A stretch of 55,128 nucleotides of DNA, counting the filler, from Perkinsus olseni (taxonomy: Eukaryota), in the NCBI GenBank assembly GCA_013115125.1. It is 3 parts of 3 records of this genome, joined end to end, with 100 filler letters (N's around TTAATTAATTAA, not from the genome) between each part and the next. Parts side by side here need not be neighbours in the genome. Positions count along the whole stretch, not along the records: positions 18,544 to 36,788 come from JABANN010000618.1; positions 36,889 to 55,128 come from JABANN010000619.1; 1 more part is not named here. One strand, written 5' to 3'. A program made the position numbers and the translations under genes. Shown here piece by piece: positions 36,203-48,516 of this stretch (within the stretch, counting starts at the first letter, position 1; every line of letters starts with the position of its first letter). The notes under the pieces were generated by a model. That model did no database searches and had not been told where the DNA came from. It saw nothing but the letters and a program-made list of their open reading frames with translations.

Positions 36203-36292
36203 GGTTTGGGTGACGGGACGGACCCGTGTGAAGTCCCGGGCTGTGAACGGGGTACCAGTTAGACGGGTTCCCGTCCCGTGACCGAGGCTTTA
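36203..36292. mobile_element. Short MITE-like element (hAT-like)
   Basis: Imperfect inverted repeats 36209-36227 / 36263-36283, flanked by AGTGGAGA (36195-36202) and GGTGGAGA (36293-36300). Confidence 0.55.
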
Positions 36293-36472
36293 GGTGGAGA
36301 CCTAAGTGCCTCAGGTCCTCTCCACACCACCCACTGGGTGGCACCCAGTCGACTAAGTTTGGTAATATATCTATAGAAGAGGTTACACGTGAGGATCACT
36401 GAAGCCATAGTTGACGCCGTAGCAACTCCAACTCGACGCATGATCTAATGCATATTTCGAATGATAGTGCAA

Positions 36473-36546
36473 TACTGGGACCGAGAGTCGAACTCGGGAT
36501 CTACTGCGTGTTAGGCAGTCATCATAACCAACTAGACCATTCCAGC
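36473..36546 (-). tRNA. tRNA-Val(AAC)
   Basis: GCTGGAA TG GTCT AGTTGGTTA TGAT G ACTGC CTAACAC GCAGT AGATC CCGAG TTCGACT CTCGG TCCCAGT A. Full cloverleaf with one A-C mismatch in the acceptor stem. Confidence 0.88.
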
Positions 36547-36646
36547 AAGCTGAAGAGACATCTCATTCCGTGGTCCCGGTGAGCTCCGTGATCTTAAATG
36601 CCCGTCTACTATATAGGCCGTGCTCAGCAGCAAGACACCTAATCGT

Positions 36647-36718
36647 GGGCTGAGTCGAGAATCGAACTCGAGACCTCTCGCACCCAAAGCGAGAATCATA
36701 GCACTAGACCACACTGCC
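36647..36718 (-). tRNA. tRNA-Pro(TGG), possibly a pseudogene
   Basis: GGCAGTG TG GTCT AGTGCTA TGAT T CTCGC TTTGGGT GCGAG AGGTC TCGAG TTCGATT CTCGA CTCAGCC C. Anticodon and T arms intact, but two acceptor-stem mismatches and D-loop GG changed to GC. Confidence 0.75.
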
Positions 36719-36788
36719 ACAGCGTACTGTATGTAGCAGGGGCTTCGGTGCCCAAGGAGCAGTCGCTAGAAACCGTCCGCATTCGAAG

Positions 36789-36888
36789 NNNNNNNNNNNN
36801 NNNNNNNNNNNNNNNNNNNNNNNNNNNNNNNNTTAATTAATTAANNNNNNNNNNNNNNNNNNNNNNNNNNNNNNNNNNNNNNNNNNNN
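36789..36888. other. Assembly gap with artificial six-frame-stop linker
   Basis: N-run + TTAATTAATTAA (36833-36844) + N-run. Confidence 0.95.
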
Positions 36889-39800
36889 GCGCCTGCCGAA
36901 CTACGGCAGGCCTCGCAATTCGAGCGAAGAGGACTCACATGAGCCACTCTGCGGTGCCATCGTCATCGATGATGTCGGCGACGACGGCTTGAGGGCAACC
37001 ATTCGACTGGACAGCACCTGGCTCTCCTCAAGTGGTGCACAGTTCTATCGGTGGATCACAAAGGAACAACATACTCCAAGCAGGATGGGAATGCATGCCA
37101 ACTACTCTAAACCTCACTCTGCCAAGTCCTGGTATATGCGACAAGGTTTTCTGGCTCTACAGCTTCTCATTGGCCGCTTCTTCGAGCATCGTCATGTGGG
37201 CGACCTCAATAACCTCACAGAGAGCGATTACGTTCTTGAGTGGACCGAGCTTGACCGTTACAGATTCGTTCCCTTCCCGTCCGCACCTCACCCGTCAAAC
37301 CCTGGCCTCGAAAGTTTATTTGACCTCTACGACCTCTTGTACTGGGCGTTCGCCTTTGTTGTGGCTGTACAGGCTGGCGAGATAGTCAGAGAACGTGAAC
37401 GTAGACACTTCATGAGAATCAGTGGTGGCCTGCAAGATCGGGTGTACCACACTGCCCTGTTTGTATCAATCCTGGTCACCTGCGCCGTCGCCAGCATACT
37501 CATGACTATCACTCTCATCACCTCGGTCTTCCACAACTCCCAGTTTTTCGCAACATTCCTTCTATTGTTCCTGATCGGCCTTGCCTCCGTCGAATTCGCC
37601 TTAGCTGGCTCTGCGTTCTTCTCCTCCGAGCGACTAGCAGCTCTCATTGTGTTTCTCATTTACGGTTGCACGGCTTTTATCATCGAGGTGAGTCCTTAAT
37701 CAGCAACAGCTGAGTCACTCTCACTTGGATACATAGCTCTGGTCAGACGGTAGCCTCTTCCCTTCAGGTAGAGATAAAACCAGGCCTTTGCATTCTACCC
37801 GGAGCAGCAGCTCACGTAGCAATGAGGCTCATGGTCCACCTCGAGATAACTCAGCGAGGGGTTACCTTTCATACTTACGACGAGGAAGTGTGGGGAGTCT
37901 CTCCCGCTGGTCTCGTGTTAATCTCCCTATTGTCGGCCCTTTTGTGGTGGTGTGTCTTCTATTACGCTGAGCAAGTCATCCCCTATGCGGGAATCGCCGC
38001 TCCCACTCGGGCGTGGTACTTCCCTCTCTCACCAGCGTACTGGAGGGGTATATTCACTCGGACTTCCCGAGAGTCTCAAAGCCTATTAACGTTTCGGGAA
38101 GAGGGCGGCTTAGTCCTGAACAGCGTAACCCGGCAATACTCAAAAGGGGTCGTAGGCATCCGTTCGGTGGCCATGAAGGCCCCGCAAGGCAGGTGTACAG
38201 TCTTACTTGGCAGAAACGGTGCCGGCAAGAGCACACTAATATCATTAGTGGTGGGGACGCAGAACCCTACAGAAGGGAGCATACTGTCTCCGCCTGCTAG
38301 CCGTATTGGCTTCTGTCCGCAGCGCTCTGTCCTTTGGTCCGAGCTGACCATCGCCGAGCACGTTGACTTGTGGTGTGGCTTGAGAGGTCGGAGCTCTCAC
38401 GACGACTGCTTAGCGCTTGCTAGGGAACTCAACCTTGATGAACAATGGGAAGTCCAAGCGGGCAATCTGTCTGGAGGTCAGCGACGCTGCCTCTCCGTCA
38501 TGCTCGCTTTCGCGGGAGGCCCTGAGCTAGTGGTACTTGACGAGCCTAGTACGGGCTTGGACGAATCTGCTCGGAGGAAGCTCTCTCAGGTGGGGTTGGA
38601 TGCTCTCGACCGCTCGTGAGCTCCGGCGTATCTCCAAGTTACTTGAACGACGGTGAAACCTGGTCCTTCTACCTCAGGCTATCCTCAGAGCGAGAACTCC
38701 ATCTCGAGCGATTTTGGTATCGACGCACTACATGGATGAGGCGGAGTACATAGCGGACGAGGTGGCCCTTCTAGACGACGGACAGCTCATCGCCAAGGGG
38801 AGTGTTCCGGAGCTTACCAGCTCCCTTGACTCCTCATTGGTGCTCCGAGCCATCTTCCGGCCCGACGCAGACCCAAGTCAATGCATTACCCTGCTAGCGC
38901 GCAAGCTAGCAGCAAACGGCATTCATTCACAAACATGTGCCACCGCTGGGCGCAGTGCCTCGATTGGACTCCGCCGTGGGTCTAGTATCAAGGACCAGGA
39001 CAAAGCCCTGCGGATAGTTGAAGACTCTCTCGACGAGCTACAAATCGACACCTTCTCTGTTTCGACTGTAAACCTGGGCCATTTCTTCGACTGGGTGACT
39101 GAAGCCTTGGGGAATTCCCCAGGTTTCGGAGACGAGCGTACATTCGAGGCTTGCAAGAAAGGCTCTCAGCTCGAAGACACGGATGACTGCTCTCAGCTCG
39201 AGGCCGATCATCACCTCCCTGGACTACGGAGGCAGTTATCGGCGCTTCTCGTGCGAAGGAGACTGACGCTATATACGAGAGAGTGGATCGGGACGTTAGC
39301 TCTCCTCGCTATCCCCGCGTTAGTTATGGTCTGCCTTTTCGGTCTGATCGAGCTCGGGGAAAGAATCATATCCTGTCCACCGTATTCGGTCAGTGACTTG
39401 ACAGGAGTGGCTTCTGCCATCGAGGAACCGCTAGTCATACCGGTTGCTACCGCGGACGTTGCCTCAACCCTCCCGACAGCTACTGAGGGAAAGTTCCACT
39501 TCGATATAGTCAACTCCAGCACAAGTCAAGACTTCTCAGATTATCTCTTGAGTACGTCCCTACACTCTTCGTTGCCTTGTCAAAGCGGCATTTGATGGTC
39601 ACCTATCAGGTTCGCGGCATAGTCGTAGTACCAATAATGTCGGTGCATTCTTCCGACAGAGAAGTACATACCAAATATGGCACAACACGACCTACCACCA
39701 CAGTGCCCCTGCCTTCACATCTATTGAGGTTAATCGTCGACTGGAAAGCATGAGGGCTCCCAGGATAACCTTCGTCAACCACCCGCTGCCCATTGCCAAC

Positions 39801-42053
39801 TTTGATGGTCTACAGCTCGTCAAGGGTGAGTCCAGGCCCTGGATGCCCCTGAACCGTTCGATTCGAGTTCACCGTCGCCACCGCTTCTTCAGGAACCATC
39901 TTGGTTGTTGCAATCGGGATCGCTATGTCGTTAATCCCGGGCCCAGTTATCTCCTTCGTTGTCATGGAGCGTTATTCTGGCGTGACCGATCAGCTTCTGG
40001 TTGCAGGAGTTCGGCCTCTGTCCTACTGGAGCTCTAACTTAGCAGCGGACTTCCTCTGGGTCGGCCTCGGAGGAACAGCTGTGGTCCAGCTCATGCTCCT
40101 CGCCTTCAATTCTGAGCCATTCACCATCAGTTTAGACTGGACCATCGTCACTTTCATGTTACTGGCTAGCTTCTCTCTTTCTGTATTACCGGCTACATAC
40201 CTTCTTTCTTTCCTTTTCCTCGATCGCACAAGAGCTTTGGTCGGCACCATCGTAAGCGGTATTGTTCTCACTACCATTGTGGCGACGGGCGTCTTCGCTG
40301 TCGGCAACCTCGGGTCCGAGGATTGCGAATCCTGCTTCGATATCGCTAGCTCCGTTGCTTGGTGTCTCCATNNNNNNNNNNNNNNNNNNNNNNNNNNNNN
40401 NNNNNNNNNNNNNNNNNNNNNNNNNNNNNNNNNNNNNNNNNNNNNNNNNNNNNNNNNNNNNNNNNNNNNTGCCTTGCCGCACTTCTCGCTCGGAAACGGG
40501 CTCTTGAAAGCCGTCTTCTGGGGCACGACATACAAGATCAGTCCGTGGTCTTCGCATATCTTGAATAATTGCGAGTCCGTGAACCGCGGGAGGAAAGAAG
40601 CGTGCATTGCTGGCCCCCTCGATAATGTGCCCCTTCTGGTCATCCTGGCTCCGGTATTCTTTGTCCTTGTTCTTTTGTCTGATTATATCCGCGGTAAGGT
40701 CCGAGGTCGCCAGTCTGGTGCTTTCCTCGACCATGAAGATGATGGCTCGTCGACGGCCCTGGTACGAATGCAGAATGTATCAAAGAACTTTGGCGGCAAG
40801 GAGGTTGTCAACGAAGTGTCTCTGGACGTGGAGGCCGGAGAGGTCGTCGGATTCCTCGGGACGAATGGTGCTGGCAAAACTACCTTGTTCAAGCTGATCT
40901 GTGGGTTGGACACCCCCAGTAGCGGTGCTATATCCATATGTGGAAACAATGGGGGTACTTCGAAAGCACGCATGCACGTCGGCTACTGCTCGCAACAAGA
41001 TGCCCTATGGGACTCTCTATCGGCGAGGGAACATTTGATCATCTATAGCCGACTCCGAGGTCACAACGATGGGCGATGTATGATGGTGGTCGATAGACTC
41101 ATCGCTTACATCGGTTTGAGCGGGGAGGTTGCTGATCGTCCTTCGGGTGAACTTAGTGGAGGTGATCGTCCGGCAATCGCATTTGCTGTTCTCCCCGGAA
41201 TCGCAGGTAACCGACGTAAACTATCTATGGCGATTGCCCTGGTTGGATCACCCAGCGTGATTCTAGTGGACGAGCCCACCGCCAGGATGGATCCAATATC
41301 TCAACGGCCGATTTGGGAACTAATAGGGAAGATGGCAGCGACAAAGGACCGAGCAGTTGTGAGCCATCCGATGCGATCAACTGTTGAATGATTTGGTCCT
41401 TATGGCCCCGCATGACTCCCGCATCCTCCGTAGATACTCACCTCACACAACATGGAGGAAGCTGAAGCGGTATGCTCTCGGTTGGTTTTCCTCTCACGAG
41501 GGAGAATACAGTGCGTCGGAACTCGTCGAGTGGCTCATGAGGCACTCATAAGGCACCTCATCAACTCGAACTACATTTCTGCCTGGTAGAGCCCGTGAGG
41601 TGGCGAAGAACCCGACTCTGTACGCCCGGCAGGTACTCGCCTCAGTGCCAGGTTTGGGTTGTATGCCGATTCGCAATTGATGGTGGCGACGGTGAGGAAG
41701 TGCGAGAACTAGCGGCAAAGGTCGCTTATGAGTCGCCAAATTCGTGCCTGCGGCTCTTGGAGATTCACAACTCGATCGCTCGCTACAAGACCGCTGTGGA
41801 TGCGTTGCTCCCAATCAGCATTCTGTGGACGTGGCTTAGCGCTAACAAAGAGCGATATCATTGCCCGCAGTATGCAGTCACTCGATCGTCACTCTCCCAC
41901 GCCTTCAACGCAATGGCCGGACAATGCTCCAGTGGCCCTGCTCGAGGTTTTCGCATTATCGGGAATCACCATCCATTACTGTGTTCTAGTTGGGGTGTCA
42001 GTCGTAGAATGAGTATAATGGGTCAGCCCATGGATGGGAAAGGTAAGTTCTGA
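36889..42053 (+). CDS. ABC transporter subfamily A, full-size (TMD-NBD-TMD-NBD), 5'-truncated by gap, multi-exon
   Basis: NBD1 GRNGAGKS / LSGGQRR / VVLDEPSTGLD / STHYMDEAE. NBD2 GTNGAGKT / LSGG..RRKLS / ILVDEPT / TSHNMEEAE. TMD motifs IVRERE..MRISG and VVMERYSG..QLLVAGV..SYW are typical of ABCA. Confidence 0.93.
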
Positions 42054-42059
42054 ATTTGT

Positions 42060-43430
42060 TCTGAGAATGACTTACCGAGGCCCGTCGGCTTACGCCATCT
42101 CAGAGGGGGGATTCCTAGTAAAGTCAGATTGGTAACGGACCTGAGGAGGGAAGGACGTAAGGTAACGACCTGAGGAAGGACGATAGTGTGCTTCACTAAG
42201 CCACGTTCTTAAGGACTTACTTGAGATCACGGTGTATGATCTTGTAATAGTATCCCAGATCAAAGAACGCAGAGCCACCCAACTAGTATAGAAGCAAGTA
42301 TACGATAACCGTAGTAGCCCGCGGACGCAGAGTAGCCACAAGTGGAGTGACGGAAGGGGGAACGCCGAGAGGCGAACAACAGCTTGAGAGGCCACAAAAC
42401 TCAGATACTAACAACTGAGACGGGAATCTTCAGCCGTTTCAACGGCGGCCGTTTCCCGCAAACTCGGGCGAAGCGTCCTGGCGAGCGAATACAATGAATG
42501 GGATTGCAATAGAATGAATATACTTGAATATATGAAATGAGGTATATTAGTTATCATCAATATCATCCGATTCCACACGGTAAGGCTCGACGGATTAGCT
42601 TCACCCCGTTCTTAACCCCCCCTGAGTGAAAGTGCGTTACTACGCTTCGCTGAAATCTATACCCATGGTTCTTAGGCCGTAAAAGTACGGATCCCCCAGT
42701 ATACAACCATATAGGATTCTTCTGACGAGCCCTTTTTCGATCCCGAAGGTTCGGCAGGATTTTTGCCGAAGCCAGGGTTGAGATTTGCGCTCAACTCTTC
42801 GACTAAATCTCAAGATTGAACTTATTTTAAGCTTAATGTCTTATTCGGAGTTGTTCTTAAGGTTATTTCTGTAACAAATAAGGCTGGAGGACTCGTGAAA
42901 CTTTCTGAGAGATTCCTCGACTCGAGGGCCTCGAGGAGCCTATCGAGACCCTGTAACGACATGATGTGATGGGGAGCTCAGGTGGGCAGTGGAGGAAGTT
43001 AGACCACGTAAAGTATCTCTGTCACCGAGTAGATCAGCCAGAGCGGCAGCAGGACGCTTAGTGCGACCATGCGCCAGAGCCATAGCGAGGAGCTGGGAGA
43101 GGGTGTCGAGCCACGGAGTTTCTTGCTCAGCGGTGGCGGAGAGAGCCTGGGAACGTCGGAGGAGGAGGTGCTGTGGACCGCTGCCGCGACGTGGGCCAGC
43201 TTGCGGACGAGGATCTTGAGAGCGGGGGAGCACACATCAGAGCTGGCGCCAAACAGACTCTCAAAGGAGACGCCCCCAAGGCCTCCTTGGACTCCCTCCT
43301 CGGCAAGGAGTTGCACGTCAGTGAAGACAGTAGACGCCAAAGAGTTGCGGAGGACAAACTTTTGATGCTATGACTGCTACGCTCCGCTAGGATTCGCTTC
43401 GCTCGTCCCAGTTGCACGCGCATTGATTAG
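42060..43430 (-). mobile_element. Possible degenerate retroelement remnant (DIRS-like)
   Basis: Intronless broken Ser/Pro-rich ORFs at 42940-43423, plus a hairpin motif at 42420-42457 shared with the sequence just downstream of the tyrosine recombinase at 36008-36047. No diagnostic domain is clearly readable. Confidence 0.35.
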
Positions 43431-43912
43431 CCACTATCGATTGATGAGACGCCGTCTCATGGTGCCGTCTCAGTCTGAGGTTCTCAGAGACGGTTCGTAT
43501 ACGTATGATTTTAGTGAAACAAACCCTAGGCTTTTGCCATTCTCTGTTCGTATAAAGAGCTGGGGACCCCAGCCTGGGGTCCCTCTAAAGATCACAGCGA
43601 GTATAGCGCACTCGCGCTCGTACACATGCGTGAACGAGCGGGTCGTTCCAGGGTTCGGGCTGTAAGTGGCTGACGTTTCCCGGGCTACTGATTCGTGAGT
43701 CTAGTCAGCGACTTATAGTCACAAAGAAACCGCCCTGTTTCGGTCCTAAAGATGCTGCTTATCTTTGAAAGACAATCGTTCGACATGCGCTAATCCACCG
43801 TCACTGATAGGCGCAAAATCCTCTACAGTGCATTGCCGAAGTTATTATGGGCTGAGCCCATGAGGCGCTGTGTGACCCTGAATATGTGCGTTTTAGAGTG
43901 TAATTCGTTAAT

Positions 43913-44326
43913 ATGCGGGTCATCTTCGTACTCACGGCGACCCCGGTGATGCTGCTCTCACGAATCCAGCGCCCTGCTCCACCGAGCGGAAAGTATATCA
44001 AGAACTTCACTGAGCCATCATCCTGCTTTGAGGTTGACTTTCTCTCCGGGGAATCTGCTGACGCAAGGTTGTATTTTGATTGTGGCTACGCCGAAGGGTC
44101 AAATGCCATATACGTGAAGGAGGTCCGCCCATTCTACTACGAAATTGACGAGAAGAGTACCCAGGATTACGGGAGCTTTATATTGGATGCTATAGCCTCG
44201 TGCCCTCGGGATCTCGATGATGGAGACCTATGGACCTTCGATTACAATCACAGAGCCAACACTGTAACGGCTAACTTAGAGAAAAAATCTGTAATTTTGC
44301 GACAGGGGCATTGTTCCCCGCGTTGA
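43913..44326 (+). CDS. Small secreted protein, paralogue A (137 aa)
   Basis: Hydrophobic N-terminus, QRPAPPSGKY, four conserved Cys. Paralogous to 47102-47512 including flanking DNA. Confidence 0.8.
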   Translation: MRVIFVLTATPVMLLSRIQRPAPPSGKYIKNFTEPSSCFEVDFLSGESADARLYFDCGYAEGSNAIYVKEVRPFYYEIDEKSTQDYGSFILDAIASCPRDLDDGDLWTFDYNHRANTVTANLEKKSVILRQGHCSPR

Positions 44327-44899
44327 AGGCCGATCTTGGTTCCACGGTACGTGATCTTTATGTTGACGCTTCTTGTGAAGAACTTCTTGATGCTCTCACC
44401 CTGATCAGACTCTTTATAACCAAATTTGGTCTACTACTTAATCGAGGTCTGATGCAACATATTATGATAACGTGATTTCGAACGTTTGTAGTTATTAGTA
44501 CTTCACTACTCATCGTAGTGAGGCGATCCAGAGGCTACACGATACTTTTTGTCCTCACACCTTGCGTGGGTAGTGCTAGTGCGTGGCGTTCAGTGAACAT
44601 TGCTCAACGGGTAAAAATCCATGGTAAGGGAGTGTGGGAAGGGGACGGCACTCAATGCCCGAATGCTTGCTATCAATGGTCAATCAATGTCCCGATCAAT
44701 GGTCGAGGCATCGGTGCTGTCTTACGAATCGTAAGTTACGATAGTGTCACACCGTTAGTATGGTTGGTGAGTCAAGTTCAGGGTGAACTGTTCACCATCG
44801 TTAGACATCTCCCTACCTAGGAATTAAAAATTCTGATAGCATGAGCGCCATTGTGCTGCGTAGTTCCTTACTCATCTTTGAGTACTACGTATTTGAATG

Positions 44900-46465
44900 C
44901 ATGAACAGCAACGGCGTCTCCTCGCTGTGCGGTCGCATGATGTCACAATGATTGCACACCCACGCGCTCTCGTCCCGCGTGTTTCATTACCGTTGCGATT
45001 CTCTCCGCTAACAAAAGCTGTGGCTTTGTCTTTTTCCTTGTAGATCGCGATACTTGTAGCCCCTAGGGAAGCAGCTGCCGGTCACCAAGAGTCCAATTAG
45101 AAGCATTCCAACAGGTGGAGGTTGTATCAACGGTGATGCTGTTGCAGCATTGGATGATTATCATTATCTCAGGCACATGTGGCAAAATTGTAAATACGCC
45201 TCTTGGTAATGCAACCTAGAGTTTTTCGTACGTTCGTGCGTGAGGAGCTCAACACTGCTAATGTTGAGTTTTCCGACATCGCTTGCGTTGCTGGTACTTT
45301 GTTGTACTATTCTGCAACACTGTTGCAATCACAGGCTCATTTTTGCAACCGTTGCAGAACCACGAACTGCAAAAGTTGGGACACCCCAGGCCGAAGGCCT
45401 CCCTCCTGAGAGGGGGCTGGCAGCCCTGGGCTGCCCGATCCAGAAGATTGAGCAGTACCTGTTCGCCTTCTTGCCGGCATATACCAACCAACCGCGCAAA
45501 TGTAGATGTAGACAGTGCTAGGTCTGCAGCAACTTGTGCTCCATCGGTTGAGAAACGCATGATACTAGAAAAGGCGTTGGAGTCAGAAGCCTCACCATGA
45601 AGGACCACGGGTGAGAAAATCACTGGCCTAGCCAGAGAGGCAACAACATAAAACCTGTACCGGCGCGCTGATTCAGGTACCGAGGCGTGTGAAAGCCAAG
45701 CTTCCGCGACACGTTCAACGGCGGCAATGGACCCGTTGACCGGTGAGGATCGTTCAGTACAGTGACAACTCGTAGAAATTGCATTTGTACAAGCTTGATC
45801 CGTGCAGTTTCCACACGTACAGTCTTGGGCCATACACTCAGTGTATTACACTGGCAACTCGTGAAGTATCCAGCGGTACAGTTCCAGCCCATACACTGAT
45901 ACCTCGTACACTAACAATCCAAGTTGCCGCCATGATAATAGATTATTGTAGTTCCAGATCCCGGTAGAAGATGTAGTACTCGGTTAGACTCCGTGACTCT
46001 TGTTAACATAACACTCAGGGTAGATAGAGATAATAGGTTGGTTCCCGGACTGGGGATGGACCAAAAGATAGTCTCGAGAGACAATAGTATACTTATAATG
46101 GAACTACGCATCTCATCTAGCTCTGCTCAGCTTGGGGTCGTGCAATCGGGACAGTCATGCAGCGACGGGACAGAACCTGCGACGTCGGAATAATAGGTTA
46201 TCACAAGGACTGCGAGGGTTTGACCTTTCTCGGGGCTTGACAGAACCCTTGGGGAATGCTCGGGACATACTCAGGACCAACCAACCGAGTATAGGAGCAC
46301 CGGTAGTAGGCAATCTGCACCCACAACACTTGTTCACTCAGCTGTCATCCGCGTGGAAGTTCCCCTCGGTGTGCCAGAGCTAGAAGCCAAGGAAGCATCT
46401 TAGCTCGCCCTAAGCTGTCCCTGAGGTCACAACCTTGGGTCTTGTACCGTGCCTCGGATTATGGT
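44900..46465 (-). CDS. Cysteine-rich protein, probably multi-exon or frameshifted (boundaries uncertain)
   Basis: Repeated Cys motifs QCMGWNCTAGYFTSCQC and DCTCGNCTDQACTNAISTSCHC lie in different frames across about 45835, with further Cys clusters downstream. Confidence 0.35.
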
Positions 46466-46497
46466 CATATGCGTTGGAGTTCGCACTTAACCCGGGC

Positions 46498-46527
46498 CCC
46501 GGGTCCCGGGGTTTGAACCTGGGACGA
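46498..46527 (-). promoter_or_regulatory. Orphan B-box element
   Basis: Minus strand TCGTC CCAGG TTCAAAC CCCGG GACCCGG G. No tRNA 5' half. Just upstream of the Cys-rich gene. Confidence 0.6.
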
Positions 46528-47101
46528 ACGCGCTGCTCGGCGTCCAGCTTGACGTCGTAGCGCCGTCGCAGCTTAGTTGAAGGCTCAAGAGATCAAAGCG
46601 AGAAGGGCTATAGAAGCGGGGCGAAGGCCCGCGATAAACTCTCAACTTGAGAGTCTTGAGAGTCTCAAGCCTCTTCCGTAAATGCTTTTCCTGCATTCGG
46701 AGCGCTTTCTACCACCGTTTTGACCTCTGAGCATCTCATGGATGCGGGCTGATGAATCCGTCGTTCGATTTAGAAGGAAACAGAAACCCCGCCTAAAGCA
46801 GCTCCATGCTGTTCCCAGGGGATGGAATGGTTACCGAAACAATGGTGGAGCCGATCCTGTAGGAATAACCATTTCGCTAAGCAAGTTGCGGACCAGCAAC
46901 TCAAAAGCTTGGAAGATATTCAGAGTACTCGGCTACTAGAGTTGCTTTTCCTACTCTCAGCGTGAAGGCTCAACTGCCAATTCCAATGCGTTGTGTCATT
47001 GATAGTCAATCGATAATCAGTCATTGATGGTCAACTACAGTCGTGAGTTATCTCGTATAACCCTGAACATGTGTATGAGGTTTAGAATGTAACTTATTGA
47101 T

Positions 47102-47512
47102 ATGTGGGCCTCCTTCTCGCTCTGCGTCTTCCCAGTAATGCTCCAATCAGTAGCCCAACGCCCTGCACCGCCGAGCGGGAAGTATTCCACCATCGTCTTC
47201 GAGCCGACGGACTGCATCCAAGTTGACTTTCTCCCTGGTGAAGCTGCTGATGTGAGACTACTTGTTGACTGTATAGGCCACGATGTGGCATCCCCTGACT
47301 TATCCGTGGTCAAGATTCGGCCATTCTACTACCAAGTTGCTACGAACAGTGCCCAGGCCTACGATAACTTCATATCAGAGGTAGATGTTGAATGCCCTTA
47401 TGACGTCGAAGATGGAGATCTGAAGTCGTTCGATTCTGACTACAAAGCCAATAACGTGACGGTCAAGTTTGAAGGGAACCTGGTAACTTTGAACTCGGGA
47501 GACTGTCCTTAG
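47102..47512 (+). CDS. Small secreted protein, paralogue B (136 aa)
   Basis: QRPAPPSGKY, VDFL.GE.AD.RL..DC, RPFYY, CP.D..DGDL shared with 43913-44326. Confidence 0.8.
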   Translation: MWASFSLCVFPVMLQSVAQRPAPPSGKYSTIVFEPTDCIQVDFLPGEAADVRLLVDCIGHDVASPDLSVVKIRPFYYQVATNSAQAYDNFISEVDVECPYDVEDGDLKSFDSDYKANNVTVKFEGNLVTLNSGDCP

Positions 47513-48516
47513 CGTTAAAGGCCGAGCTAGGTTACACGGTACGCGTTCTTAATCTCGACGATTTCTGATGGTTTTCACTGCTTCTTCCGTACTCCAGTGG
47601 GCCACTCAGATTCACCAGTACCACCGATCATACTTTTTAATAAGAAGTTTTTATACTCAGTTGACTCCTTATGTGGCATATTACAGCGGAGCATTGTAAA
47701 ACGTTCGTTGTCATTTATACTCCTCAACTCATGATGAGTGATGATTGTTAAGATAAGATTCAGACGTGGTATAGACTTTCTGATTGAGAGAGTTTGATGG
47801 TGGTTAAGACATCTCTGTGTCCTCACATCTGACGTGACCAACGCTAGTGCCCGAGGCTCCCTGTGAAGCTCTGATTCTATTGCTCTTTTCCTTCGCCACA
47901 CTTGTCTACTTCAGAGAAGCACTGGTCGGTCACCGAAAGTCTACTAATATTCCAACATTGTTAGAATATTAGTATTATTCCTCTTGTCAAGAGTAGGTTG
48001 TGTTAGGAACCGAGTCTCGGATTCCCAAAGAGGGCAAATGGTCGTCTCAGCGTTGTGTCACCGCTGAAGTTGGACAGATGACAGATTGCCAGACTGGCAA
48101 TGCCAGTGACAGTCCCTCACCGTCTCCACATCGACACGTTTGTATGAAACGTTCGTACGGAGGCACAGTGTTACCTCCTGATAACGATGTATCCCAGGTA
48201 CCGTCGTGTAGTTTCCAGCTGACCTTGACGAGTAGCTCTTCACAGAGTATCGTAGATCCCGCTGAAGCGCCGATCAGGAATAACGTAGATCGTGTGGACA
48301 TACATAGCCTTGGGAGATATGAGAATGCCAACACTGCGGTCATTAGAATACTAACAAGCTGAGCTTGTCAAGCTATCAGGCTATTCGAGTCGCCCCTCCG
48401 CTCAGAACTCAGCACGCTACGAAAGTGAATGTAAGTGTCCAAACAAAATACGGAAGACTGGATCTTCGGATCTTCGGATCTGGTGTTGCTCTCTTATGCA
48501 TAATAGCCAGCCACTC

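Noticed and set aside
32079-36712. Interpretation of the tRNA-pair repeats as canonical LTRs
   Set aside because: No TG..CA termini or primer-binding site seen next to the right copy, and the copies are quite diverged. Kept only as one hypothesis.
47942-47974. AT-rich inverted repeat TACTAATATT..AATATTAGTA
   Set aside because: Isolated short hairpin in intergenic DNA, with no second copy or associated feature.
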